Source: Lytechinus pictus (taxonomy: Eukaryota). From it: DNA of 64,000 bases. Position numbers and translations under genes: made by a program. The first letter of the stretch is position 1. Each line of letters begins with the position of its first letter. The stretch spans positions 29,948,001 to 30,012,000 of the forward strand of contig NC_087245.1 of assembly GCF_037042905.1 (NCBI RefSeq), in the 5' to 3' direction. The notes beneath the pieces are model-generated. The model was not told where the DNA came from, did no database searches, and saw only the letters and a program-made list of their open reading frames with translations. Of this stretch, positions 50,096-62,864 are shown one piece after another.

Positions 50096-53000
50096 ATGCA
50101 GTAAAATTTCTCTTAATGACCAATCTTCTACAGGAATCCTCTCTTAATAATTTTTTTTTTTTTTCCTTGAATATAATCTCTCATTGCTCAAGTGCTACTA
50201 CGGTACTACTCAAAATCCGTTCAAAACATCACTCATCTTCTTAACCTTGTTTTAATGTCGCCCGAGCATTTTCATCCTGCATTCCTAAATTTTAGGAGTC
50301 TTCCATTCTGAAAATAGTCTTTTCAATTCAGTGTGTGGCCACTGATGAAATACAAATTTTGAATTCCACAATAATACCCTGTAATATCCTGTCTTCAATA
50401 TTTAAAAGGGTAGATGACCTTGTATAAATATTTGGATGATAAAACACTTTTGCGACTATTGCACATTATTAACATATAATGTACTGTATTAACATAGAAT
50501 GCACCCACGTAGCTTATTGCGTGCTATGGGAATGTTCTATGTTGACCAATCGTATTGTATTCTATTATACCTAGAATTTTGAATTTTTCTTTGTTGCAAG
50601 GTTCTTTTTATGGAAAATTCTTTTTTTTTGTCTGTTTGCCAAAGTTTCATTGTTGGATGTTTAGTATTCCATTATATATGTTATTTGGAAAATGATAACA
50701 GGAAAGTAATCTGTTTGTCAGCATTTATGTACGATGTACACGGGTGTACGTACACACGTTATTCAACAAAGTATGTGTATACTACATGTTATGAAACAGT
50801 ATTCGTAATGAAAATATTTGTAATAAAAAGCTTTTTTTTTGTAAAATCCTTTTGAATGACCACTTTTGCTTAATATATTCATTTACCTGTTGCTCATGAT
50901 GATTGTCTGCGTTTGCAGAGCAGGGTTGGCTACACCGTTTCGAGAAAACCGGGGGAGCTTTTCTCGAAAGGTGGGGATGAGGGAGGGGAGTCATTAACGC
51001 ACCTTTTTTGAGACAACCAGGGGAGCTTTTGACAAAATCTGAGTAGTCTCTTGTACCAGCTGTTTATTTGTGTGTCTGTGTAAGTTGGCGCGAGGGTATG
51101 GAGGCCTAGGTAATGTGCGGGTGTGTGTGGGGTGTGTTTTGGTGCATGTGTGTGTAACTGAGGAAGGAAAGGAAAAAACAGTTTTGTGCATTTTCTGTTT
51201 AGGCCTTTTTCTCTCCGATATTCTAGGCGATGGAAAGCCAGTTTTTAGGTATTTTGCTTCATACTTTTATGCTATTTCTTCATTCCATTGTTTGAAAGAT
51301 TATGAGATTGAATGATTATGTAAAGTAACATTTTTGGATGGTTTGAGTGAGAAAAGAAAAAGCATGGAAGCTGTGAAAGACATATACATATATATATATA
51401 AGCATAGCTTTTAAGAGGCGCTGATTTTCTAGTCACGTATTCAATGTCATATATATCTACATATGTATATTTGAAATTACTGATAAAAGGATGCTTAAAA
51501 AGAATATGAATAGAATGATAGGCAATAGAGAGATTGATTGGTGTAGAATGGTGGTTGATTGAAAAAATGCTGGAGAAATTAAAAACCGAACACCCCCCCA
51601 AAAAACAAGGACGAAATGAAAACTGAAATCCTAAAAGGTTATTATATAATGTCTTAAGGAGGTTGCCTTAGCAGTACAGGTACCTCTGCCTAAGTTGAAT
51701 CTCTTGGGACCATGGTAATCTGTTTTTAGTTGAGAGAACTTTAAAGATGATGTTATGAACACTTTTTGCATATTCTGGGGGTGTTTGTCTGAGAGTCGCA
51801 TTTAAATGCGTAGTTGCGTGCAGTATAGAAGGCATGACCTCATTGGTCAGATATATCGAGCGAAGAGGACACGCACTACTGCGTATAGATCAATAAGATT
51901 GCGCGCTGCATATACGAGTCAGCATTTAAGTGCGTCTATATTTCTATATATTTCTATAGTCATATTTAAATCTTTGTGAAACACCCCCTGGTCCATGGAC
52001 CTGGGAAGCGGGGGTGCTGGGGTGCTGAAGCACCCTCAGAAATTTTCCTGGGGGTGCTGCGTGTATTATTTTCCATAGGCAGCACCCCCACGAAACCCCT
52101 GTATTTTTAAAAATATGTTATAATGTACGTAATTATCACATCCGACAATCACAAATCATTTATTACTGTCCTTCACATATATTCCAATAACATATGTCCC
52201 TCCAGTCCTAACGCGACTCAATAAAGCTCCGGCACTTCGATACAGACGTGGTTGCGTGCGATACGTGATAACCATACAAACTACTCGATGGCGGGGAGGG
52301 ACATAGGTGTGGTTGGACTATAGAGATATCTCTAATGGACTTGAAAACTTCCAGGTTTTATGTCGAATCAATAATCAAGTGTGCGCGGGCTCGACCACCC
52401 TTCTTTTGTATAAACAATATTACAAGTCGGACAAGAGAAATCAAATTTCAGTCTTTTTCGCCCCACCCCATGGCCCTGGGAAGCGGGGGTGCTGGGGGTA
52501 AAACACCCCCAAAATTTAGGGGTGCTGCGTGTGTTATTTTCCATAGGCAGCACCTCCTGGAAATCTGGTAGGTATGATAAAATAATGACAGAAATGTAAT
52601 GAAAATGAACGACGTATTGTAGAAACCTCCCCCGTTCAGAATTTTCAGACACAGTACTTGAAATAATGTTTAAATTTATTTATTTATTAGAACATGTCTA
52701 TTCAGGTACAAAAGATCAGCATAATACTGTTTTTTATCAATGACCTGATGAAACATAAGAACAACATAAATCATATCATACATGAAAATAAAGTCAAAAT
52801 CTAAGTCAAAGATAACGATGCTTAGCAACATAAACAAATATTTTTACTTAAATGATAATATGAATCATGAATACTGAAATATTTCAAGTTATCAAAAGGG
52901 AACAGTTACTAATTATAATTCACTCTTTTTCAGATTTGGAATATCAAATATTTTCTGCTCACACTACTGATGTTTATAATAATAAAATGTATTTAGAATG

Positions 53001-53700
53001 CCCAGATACTAGGTCTAAATCTAATCACGCGCACGCATGTTTATTCAGAACGCAGTTTTTTTTTTTTTGGGAGGGGGGGTACTTCGGGCTTAATGTATTT
53101 GTATCAAACACATTTTATCATAATAATTTTTTGTTATCAGATTTTGATAAAATTTCTTCAAGTTATTTAATTTCAAAGTTTAGCAATATTTTGTGAAAAT
53201 GGTTATATGCATGTCATGAATATTTAATAGGTGGGTTGATGATGTCACATCCACGCTATCCTTTTCCTTATGTTATTACATGGGAGCAAAATTGGTTCAT
53301 TATTTCATACCATTGTGAATGATATGTCTCCCTTATTATGAAATAAGTTGCAGCATAAAATATATAATGGACTAAATCAGTTTTCAATTCAACTGTTTTG
53401 TTCTTGAAGGGAAAATACTGAATAAATCTAATTTTATAAAATAAAATGCAAAAGAACAAGTGGTGATATGACATCATCAGTTTGCTCATTGAATATTAAT
53501 GAAGACATGCCTGAAACTATTTCACCGGAATAATGCTAATCTTTAGAATGCAATTACTTTGATATTCCTTGTCTGATTTTAATCAAATCTTTATTCTTTT
53601 ATTCTTCTGATTTTTCTTTATCTATTCAAACCATATTACATTCAGTATGGAGTACCCCTTTAAACGTGCCTGATTATTAAGTTTCAGATCAGAATATCAA

Positions 53701-54633
53701 CAAGTGGAATGCCTCTGCCGGTCTCACCTGCATCACGCGATTCAATATAGCAGCAGTGCTGACTTTGAAAACTACTATAACTCGCACAAGATGTTCAGTG
53801 ATACTTGGTTACTCTATTTCCACGTTTTATGAACTAGACCAATACACTAATACAGAAATATGATGGTAATTCAACAAATACCCCCAACGTGGCCAAAGTT
53901 CATTGACCTTACATGACCTTTGACTTTGATCATGTGACCTGAAACTCGCACAGGATGTTCAGTGATACTTGATAACTCTTATGTCCAAGTTACGAATCAG
54001 ATCTATAAACTTTCAAAGTTATGGTAATTCAACAGATACCCCCATTATGGCCAAAGTTCTTTGACCTTGGTCATGTGACCTAAAATGCGCACAGGATGTT
54101 CAGTGATACTTGTTTACTCTTAAGTCCAAGTTTTATGAACTAGACCAATACACTTATACAGAGATATGATGGTAATTCAACAAATACCCCCAATTCGGCC
54201 AAAGTTCATTGACCCTAAATGACCTTTGACCTTGGTCATGTGACGTGAAACTCATGCAGGATGTTCAGTGATACTTGATTAATCTTATGTCCAAGTTTCA
54301 TGAACTAGGTTCATATATTTTCTAAGTTATGATGACATTTCAAAAACTTAACCTTAGGTTTAGATTTTGATGTTTATTCCCCCAACATGGTCTAAGTTCA
54401 TTGACCCTAAATGACCTTTGACCTTGGTCATGTGACATGAAACTCAAGCAGGATGTTCAGTAATACTTGATTAATCTTATGGCCAAGTTTCATGAACTAG
54501 GTCCATATGCTTTCTAAGTTATGCTGTTATTTCAAAAACTTAACCTTAGGTTAAGATTTGGTGTTGACGCCGCCGTCGCCGCCGGCACCAGAAAAGCGGT
54601 GCCTATAGTCTCACTTTGCTATGCAGGTGAGAC
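53701..54633 (-). mobile_element. HINE/Helentron-like element, copy 3 (more diverged, minus strand)
   Basis: caagtggaatgcctctg..gtctcacctgca ... gctatgcaggtgagac is the reverse complement of copy 1 ends. Confidence 0.88.
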
Positions 54634-54961
54634 AAAAATGTTCTGCTCATGCTTCGCGCTCACATTATTAGTGTAGGAAGATATCCAATTACCCATCATT
54701 TTCTTGATTTACAAAACATGAATGGAATGTCCCGTTTTTAGGCCTGAAATCTCATTTTTATTTCCGCTCGCGCTTTTCGCTCGCATCAATCGTATAGTTA
54801 TATACCTATCCTCTTCATGATTAGAAAAGTGCTTAAAATGTCTTGTTGTTTGGTCTAAAATCTCAATTTTGTTTCTGCTAGTGCTTCGCGCTCGCATCAA
54901 TTGTATAGTTATATACCTATCCTGTTCATGATTAGAAAAGTGCTTAAGGTGTCTCGTTTTT

Positions 54962-55912
54962 GTCTCACCTGCATAGCAGAGTGAGACTATAGGCGCCGCT
55001 TTTCCGACGGCGACGGCGGCGGCGGCGGCGACGGCGGCGTCAACACCAAATCTTAACCTGAGGTTAAGTTTTTGAAATGACAGCATAACTTAGAAAGTAT
55101 ATGGACCTAGTTCATGAAACTTGGCCATAAGGTTAATCAAGTATTACTGAACATACTGCCTGAGTTTCATGTCACATGACCAAGGTCAAAGGTCATTTAG
55201 GGTCAATGAACTTAGACCATGTTGGGGGAATCAACATCAAAATCTTAACCTAAGGTTAAGTTTTTGAAATGTCATCATAACTTAGAAAATATATGGACCT
55301 AGTTCATGAAACCTATACATAAGGTTAATCAAGTATCACTGAACATCCTGCATGAGTTTCACATCACATGACCAAGGTCAAAGGTCATTTAGGGTCAATG
55401 AACTTTGGCCGAATTGGGGGTATCTGTTGAATTACCATCATAACTTTGAAAGTTTATGGATCTGATTCATGAAACTTGGACATAATAGTAATCAAGTATT
55501 ACTGAACATCCTGTGCAAGTTTCAGGTCATATGATCAAGGTCAAAGGTCATTTAGGGTCAATGAACTTTGGCCAAATTGGGGTATTTGTTGAATTACAGC
55601 CATAAATTTGAAAGTGTGTTGGTCTAGTTCATAAAACTTGGACATAATAGTAATCAAGTATCACTGAACATCCTGTGCGAGTTTCAGGTCACATGATCAA
55701 GGTCAAAGGTCATGTAAGGTCAAAGAACTTTGGCCACGTTGGGGGTATTTGTTGAATTGCCATCATATCTCTATAAGTGTATTGGTCTAGTTCATAAAAC
55801 ATGGAAATAAGAGTAACCAAGTATCACTGAACATCTTGTGCGAGTTATAGTAGTTTCTGCTGCTATATTGAATCGCGTGATGCAGGTGAGACGGCCAGAG
55901 GCATTCCACTTG
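54962..55912 (+). mobile_element. HINE/Helentron-like element, copy 4
   Basis: Near-identical to copies 1 and 2; inserted in a T-run. Confidence 0.9.
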
Positions 55913-56363
55913 TTAGGTCTTAAATCTCATTTTTATTTCCGCTAGCGCTTCGCGCTTGCATCAATTGTATAGTTACATACCTATCCTGTTCATGATTACA
56001 AAAAGTGCTTAGAATGTCTAGTATTTAGGTCGGAATGTCAAATTTTTCTGCTCGCGCTTGGCGCTCGCATTATTTGATTGTTGATATATTGATTGTCTTC
56101 ATTGATAACTGCAAACAGTCCTTATAACACGTCCCTTTCGATCATGCCAGAGCGTATATAAAAATTATCTGCTCGCGCTGATCGTGCTCTCAGTTATTTC
56201 TTACATCCACATCATGTTCAGGACCACAAACTTAGCTCAAAATGTTCAATTTTCAAAACAAAAAACATGAAATCCCCCCCAAATAGCTCGTGTTTCGCGC
56301 TCGAATTATTTTATTATATTTCTAAGTTCTCCTATAAGAATAAAGCTGGCCAAAGTGACTGTC

Positions 56364-56371
56364 ATATATAA

Positions 56372-56418
<47 letters not shown>

Positions 56419-56425
56419 TATATAT
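56364..56425. repeat. (TA)n microsatellite
   Basis: Direct inspection. Confidence 0.95.
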
Positions 56426-56463
56426 AGGCGTGTGTTTGGGTGTGTGCATATGTGTGGTGCCCT

Positions 56464-56740
56464 TAATAATAATAATAATAGCTGGATTTACAAAGCGCTT
56501 TTTGCCTGAGGATACAAAGCGCTGCTATTATTACCCCAGCTTTAGCTCGAGCTACCATCACCGGCGCTCAGTGCATGCAAGGAATTACCCCTGCCGGGTA
56601 TCCATTCACCTCACCTGGGTCGAGTGCTGCACAGTGTGGATAAATTTCTTGCTGAAGGAAAACACGCCATGGCTTGGATTTGAACCCACGACCCTCTGTT
56701 TCAAAGGCGAGAGTTGGAACCACTAGACCACGACGCGCCC
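56464..56740 (-). mobile_element. tRNA-derived SINE, well preserved
   Basis: Minus strand gggcgcgtcgTGGTCTAGTGG (A box) ... gGTTCAAATCC (B box), conserved core cactcgacccaggtg..gaatggatacc, (TTA)n tail. Confidence 0.85.
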
Positions 56741-57026
56741 TTAGAGGTGTGTGTGTGTAAAAGAACAATGGAAGCTTCAATTGTGTCCCCCCTCCACTTT
56801 TGAGGAGAGATTTCAGCACCCCCACTGAAAAAATCGTTCCCAGGGCCCCGCCCTGGTCTGAAATAATGCTTTGAGACAATTATTTGACTTATGGATGGTC
56901 GACTTATGCAAAGTCTACAGTACATGTAGTTTGTGTTGTGTACTTTGTTAAGGATGAAAAGATAAAGATACAGAAAGATAATTAGATAGGTAGGAGAGGG
57001 AAAAGAGGGATAGTAGTAAAAAGCAG

Positions 57027-60000
57027 GGCCCGTATTCCATAAACAAGATAAGCTTTTTGCTTAAGTCTTAGCAATTTGTCTTAGCATTTTGCTTGTCTAA
57101 GAAATCTTCCCTAAGGATATTCTATAAACTTTAAGACATTTGTCTCAAGTCAGACGATATGGCTAAGCCAAAGTCTCAAAGTCAAATTCTATGACCTTCT
57201 AAACTGCTGCAGGGGTGACTGCAACAAAATAGCAAAAATGTCATTGAAGTTGTTTTTTCTTAACAAGTTTGATTTTATTGAAACTAATTACAACTATTGT
57301 AGTAGAAGAAGAGCATTCATCACCCATATATGGTAAGAATTTTTTATTCAGATTATCTATATATTTTTAATTACCAAAACATTTCAATCCCAAACCGAGT
57401 GACTTGCACAGTTTTTTATGTATCAGTCCCATTCATTACTTTTCATGTATTGTTTGTCGAAATCTAAATGGAATAGATTCCTCTCGACATCTTTATTCTA
57501 CTTCAGTTGAAGTAGACCTAGGGTCTAAGGGAAAACATTTGTAACTTTTGAGACTAGTCTTGGGTCTAACATTAGGCCTAGATCTAGCCTAGGCCCAAGA
57601 TCTACAACTAATATCCGTCTGTTTGGAGGAGAATTGAACATTGTTTTTACTTTTTACTTTCCTGAAGGCTGAAGCAAAACGTAACTTTGTTAGTCTAGTG
57701 CCGTAGTTGAGCAACTGAGACTGAAGCTACACAGGCCTAGATCTAACGATAGACCTATATTAGTATTGGTCTAGGCCTAGAACATGCAGGACTTAGCCTG
57801 GCTTAGCCTTAAGACAGGGATAGATCTATCTAGATCTACATGTAGGTCTAGAATAGATCTGACTTAGACCAAAAGCTTCAGTCTCCGACTGTATTTTGGT
57901 TGTTCCGCTATTACGAGTACGACACTAAACAATCTAACGTTACGTTGGCCTAGTCTCACCAATGTGATATGACAGTAAATGTCAGAAACTTTTAAATAAA
58001 TCCCCAGAAACGACGGTTATTCCTGTCAACAGTGCTAGATCTATCGCTACGCATTGCTTGCCAACTATGCCTAAAGTTAGATCTAGTCCTAGTAGTAGTC
58101 TAGAGACTAGACATCTGATCTATCTTGCCCCGGGGACCTCAACACGACGTCTTTAGACACAGTACGTGTTCGGGCTGCCGCAGTAAGACATCTATCTAGA
58201 TCTACTCCTGCTTTTTTTAGGTCCATCTGTTTGTTTGGAGTTTTTATTTTATACATTTTGAGGACTTGTTTAGATCTAGGTTTCCAGGACTAGAAAACAG
58301 GCCTAAACCTAGACCAACACTGGCAACAGCTCAGTCTAGACTAGGCCTAGGGCCTAGATTTATATAAGAATTTAGATCTAGGGCCTAGGCGGCCTAGCCT
58401 GTGCTTTCTTCTATTCATTCTAGATTCTATTTCTAGCCTATCCGGTAGCCCTAACGTTAGGACTGGCTGATCTAGTCTACTGTTTGATCTAGAAATCTCT
58501 AACCTAGGCCTAGATCTAGACTAAATGACTTACTCACAGTAACTTAGACTAAAAGTTAGACCCTATCTAGATCTAGAACTATACCAATCTAGGTGTACAT
58601 AGGGTCATAGTAATAGGTATAGATCTAGAGACTTGTAGACTCTATCTCAATGTAGATTCTAGATCTAAAAATAGTAAATGTAGGCTAGATCTAGTCTAGT
58701 TCTACTCATCTAACGTTAGGCCTGAGAAAGGAAGTAGGCTAGGGATCTAGCATTGGATTATTTCTAGGACTAAAGGATCTTGATCTAGGCTTAGATCTAA
58801 ACTAGGGGCTGTAGTTCGAAATCTTGAGGTCTAGCCCCCCCCCCCCCCAAAAAAAAAAAAAAAAAAAAAAACTAGAACTAAGCCCTCAGCTACATGTAGT
58901 TCTCTATGTAGCCAAACAAAAGTTAGCATTGACCATTGTCTTAATCTTTTTTTGGCGTATACATGTAGTTATCATACAAACACATATTTTGATGAATGAG
59001 AAAATGTGTCTTGCAGATTATTTTAGCTCAAAACCTACATTTCATGGACATATAGGCCAATGTCATAAAATGAAGAAGTAGTTCAATACACATCATGCTG
59101 TTTACACATTTATTGATCTGATATGCTGTTATTATGGCAACACATTTTCCAATATATGTCTTGCAGATCTACACCTCAAAATCAATTTGTGAGCCAACTT
59201 TTATAAGAATTGGTAAAACTGATAAAGGGATTCAAACCACAAGATTTTCACCTAATTTCTTTATATAATATGTTGTTACCTTGGCAACACGATTTCTGAT
59301 ACAGACAAAAATAGTCTTGCACATCTTCAACTCAAGACTATTGTGTGTGCCAAATTTCATGAGCATTGGTTGAAAAAAGATGAAGGAGTTCGAACTACAA
59401 GATTTTCACCTTATTTTCGTTATATAATATGTTACCATAGCAACCCGAATCTGATACAGGCAAAAGTATATCTTAGACATCTTCAACTCAAGACTATTGT
59501 GTGCGCCAACATTTTAGGAGAATTGACCAGTTGAAAACTGATAAAGTAATTCAAATTACAAGATTTTCATCTAGTTTTTGTTATTTTATTTGTTGCCATG
59601 GCAACGCAATTTTTTATAAAGGCATAAAATATACTTTGCACATCTTCACATCAAGACTAACGTTTGTGCCACATTTCATGAGAATTGATTAAAACCTGAA
59701 GAAGTCGTTGGAACTGCAAGATTTTTACATAATTTTTGCCCTAATATACCGTTACCATGGCAACACAATTTCCGACACATGCGAAAATGTGTCTTGCACA
59801 TCTTTACCTCAAGACTTATGTCTGTGGCAAACATCATGAGAAGTGGTTGAAATATTGTTAACTTGTTAAAACCACAAATTTTTCACCTAATTTTCGTTAT
59901 TTAATATGTTGTTACCATGGCAACGCATTTTTTTTATATAGGCATAAAATATGTTTTGCACATCTTCACATCAAGACTAATGTTTGTGCCACATTTCATG

Positions 60001-60694
60001 AGAATTTGTTAAAAACTGAGGAAGTAGTTGGAATAGCAAGATTTATACATAATTTTTGCCATAATATACTGTTACCATGGCAACACAATTTCCAACACAT
60101 GCAAAATTGTGTCTTGCACATCTTTTCCTCAAATCCAATGTGTGAGCCAACTTTCATGAGAATTGGTAGAAAACTGATGAAGTAATTTAAATTTTAAATT
60201 TTGGCCATAATATACTGTTACCATGGCAACACAATTTCTGAAAAAGCAAAAAAAAAAATTTCTCACACCTCCTTACTTTAAGACCAATGTGTGTTCCAAA
60301 TTTCATGAAAATCGGTTAAAAACTGAGGAAGTAGCTCGAAATGCAATATAGGTATAAATTCTTAAAAAAAATTGGCCATGATTTGTTGGATTTAAACCAG
60401 GTTGTCTTAAAGCAATTAAGACAACTCACACCTGTCTTAAAGTTAGGGCTAAATTCTTAGCCATGTTGTATTTATAAAATACAGACTCTGCAGTTTTAAG
60501 AAAAGTTACTTAGCCATTCATCCTATATCTGTCTTAGTCGCGCAAAACCTCTTAGCCAAATTCTAAGACAAAATTCTTAGCCAATTCTTATGGAATACGC
60601 GTTTTGGCTAAGAATTTTGTCTTAGACAGAAAATAAGACAAAATGCTTAGATTTTTGACTTAAGCATGCTTATCTCGTTTATGGAATACGGGCC
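57027..60694. mobile_element. 3.7-kb non-autonomous Harbinger-type element
   Basis: TIR ggcccgtattccataaac / gtttatggaatacgggcc; CAG TSD; subterminal cttag/ctaag repeats. Confidence 0.88.
59000..60345. repeat. ~160-bp diverged satellite array (about 8 units), possibly the core of a second HINE family starting near 58870
   Basis: Recurring ttgcacatctt..caagacta and gttaccatggcaac at ~160-bp spacing. Confidence 0.85.
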
Positions 60695-60767
60695 CAGGAT
60701 CCTGAAAATAAAGAGATTCGAAGAGGGATAAAGACAATGGAAAACGACAGGGCTTGATATTTTTCAA

Positions 60768-61353
60768 AGGGAAAGTCCACCCTAACAAAAAGCTAATTTA
60801 ATAGAAAGAGAAAAATCAAACAAGCATAACACTGAAAATTTCATCAAAATCGGATGTAAAATAAGAAAGTTATAAGTTAAGTTTCACTTAATTTCACAAA
60901 ATAGTTCTATGCACATCCTGTTTCGTATGCAAATAAGGGACCGATGACATCACCCACTCACTATTTCTTTTGTATTTTATTATATGAAATATTCTAATTT
61001 TCCCCTCATTGTCAAGTGAAAGAGTGATTAATTCCTCCCTGAACGTGTGGAATTAGCATTGTTTAATACTATATGGTTCAGTCAGGTGGGTCCCTATGGT
61101 CAAATCTGTAAAAAATGAAATATTATATAATTCAAACAATAAAAAACAAAGGAAATAGTGAGTGATGGACATCATCGACTGAATCATTTGCGTGTTACTG
61201 AGTTGTGCATATCACTGTTTTGTGAAAAGGTAAAACTTAAAATGCCATAACTTTCTTATTTTACATCCGATTTTGATGAAATTTTCAGCGTTATGCTAGT
61301 TTGATTTTTCTCTGTTTATTCAAATCAACATTTTTCTAGGGTGGACTTGACCT
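60768..61353. mobile_element. Kolobok/T2-type MITE
   Basis: agggaaagtccacccta ... tagggtggacttgacct|TTAA with long inverted arms. Confidence 0.85.
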
Positions 61354-62136
61354 TTAAGGATAAAAAGATAAAGATACAGAAAGATAATTAGGTAGGTAGG
61401 AGAGGGAAAAGAGGGATAGTAATAAAAAGTATGATCCTGAAAATAAAGAGATTCGAAGAGGGATAAAGCCAATGGAAAACGATAGGGCTTGATATATTTC
61501 AAAGGGGAAAATTTGGAAAATTAAGGAGAGTCTAGAATGATTTAAACATTTAAAAGGATATAGAGAGCACAGAAAATTGGATTGAATAAATAATATTAAA
61601 AAGAGAGCTTGACAGTCTGCAGTAAAAATAAGAATATAGATGCGTGAAGAGATGAAAATAAGCCACTTCAGCTCTTTTGAACTGTTTTCCCTGCGGGCCC
61701 ATGAAACATAGCTTTGTTTTTACCCTTCTCCATTCTAAAACGTCTAGCGCCTGACAAGAAGGCAGAAGGTCCCATTTTTAAGTCTTTTTTTTAAGGACCC
61801 AGCGGAGATCGAACTGGCCCTAGTTCATAGGGCCAGCGCTCTATACCTCTTGGACACCATATCCATTAATCTGGCTATCAAAATCTATTGCCAGTCAACA
61901 CAAAGCTTATAAATGGCAAGATCATTCCATCCAATATTTGTAATTTATTTGATGAATTTACTACTCTGATCACACAAAAAGCAGGCGAGTAACATTATTT
62001 TTCTGTGCATTTTTTTATTCAGAACATGTGACAAAATGCAAATAACAATCTACTGTTCTAACAACTGTAATGATAGCAATGGTGCTTCTCATAAATGATT
62101 TACTGTTACATATTATTGTACATATTTACAGTCATT

Positions 62137-62447
62137 GGTCCGTATTCTGAAGTCGGGTTTAACTTAGACCATGGTCCAACTCTGTGCTAAAATTATGGGA
62201 AGCCAAAAGTGTCAAGATTTTTATTAAGTTGTATGTTTCTTATATTTACTGTGCTCTTTCCTGATTCTTCAATGGTGAAGGCAATCATCCATTTATACTT
62301 CCTAGACAATTATGAATGATTTGACAGCCAAACGAGCTGAAATATGATAGCTCTACTGTCAGTGATTTATGTAAGAATTGGCTATCCATACTTAAACCAC
62401 AACTTTAAACCTGAGTTTAAGTTAAACCCAACTTCAGAATACGGGCC
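62137..62447. mobile_element. Harbinger-type MITE (degenerate relative at ~1704-1998)
   Basis: TIR ggtccgtattctgaagtcgggtttaactta / taagttaaacccaacttcagaatacgggcc; ATT TSD. Confidence 0.88.
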
Positions 62448-62864
62448 ATTAAGTCCCTATTTTCATTTCATTAAATACCAATTCAATGTATTTGCTATGC
62501 CAAGCAAATTATTCCACATTTTTAAAGCAGTGTTAACTGGTAAGTATCAAGTAGAAGTCTATTTGTTTTTTTTTGTTGTAATTTCATGCTGTAGATTTTG
62601 TCTTTGTCATTTTTTTTTCTTTAATAGCAGTTGTTTTCTTGGTAAATACTTTTTTATAATACCAATAACAAGAGGCTGGTACCAGCCCCCCAAAAAACAA
62701 AAACAAACAAACATTCAGTTTGTGTAGTTTGTGAAGTAGTGGCAACTTTATTTGACCACTAAGAATATTGCTTGTATAGTGATTGGCAACCAAAGGTCGG
62801 ACGACAATATGAAGTCTCTGAGAAAACCAGATGATGAGCTTTTTTTTTTTTTATATAAATAATA

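Larger units (their letters stand above)
51994..56850. mobile_element. 4.9-kb non-autonomous hAT-type element carrying nested HINEs, a SINE and repeats
   Basis: Termini catggacctgggaa / ttcccagggccccg; exact 8-bp TSD CCCTGGTC (51986-93, 56851-58); left end repeated internally at 52469. Confidence 0.8.

Noticed and set aside
50210..50450. Faint minus-strand resemblance to a transposase C-terminus (TELKRLFSEWK)
   Set aside because: A single weak motif with no supporting termini or colinear motifs; not supportable by eye.
56670..56740. tRNA-like sequence with A/B boxes (also ~12995-13060)
   Set aside because: It continues into a SINE body and tail without a complete acceptor stem, so it is a SINE head, not a tRNA gene.
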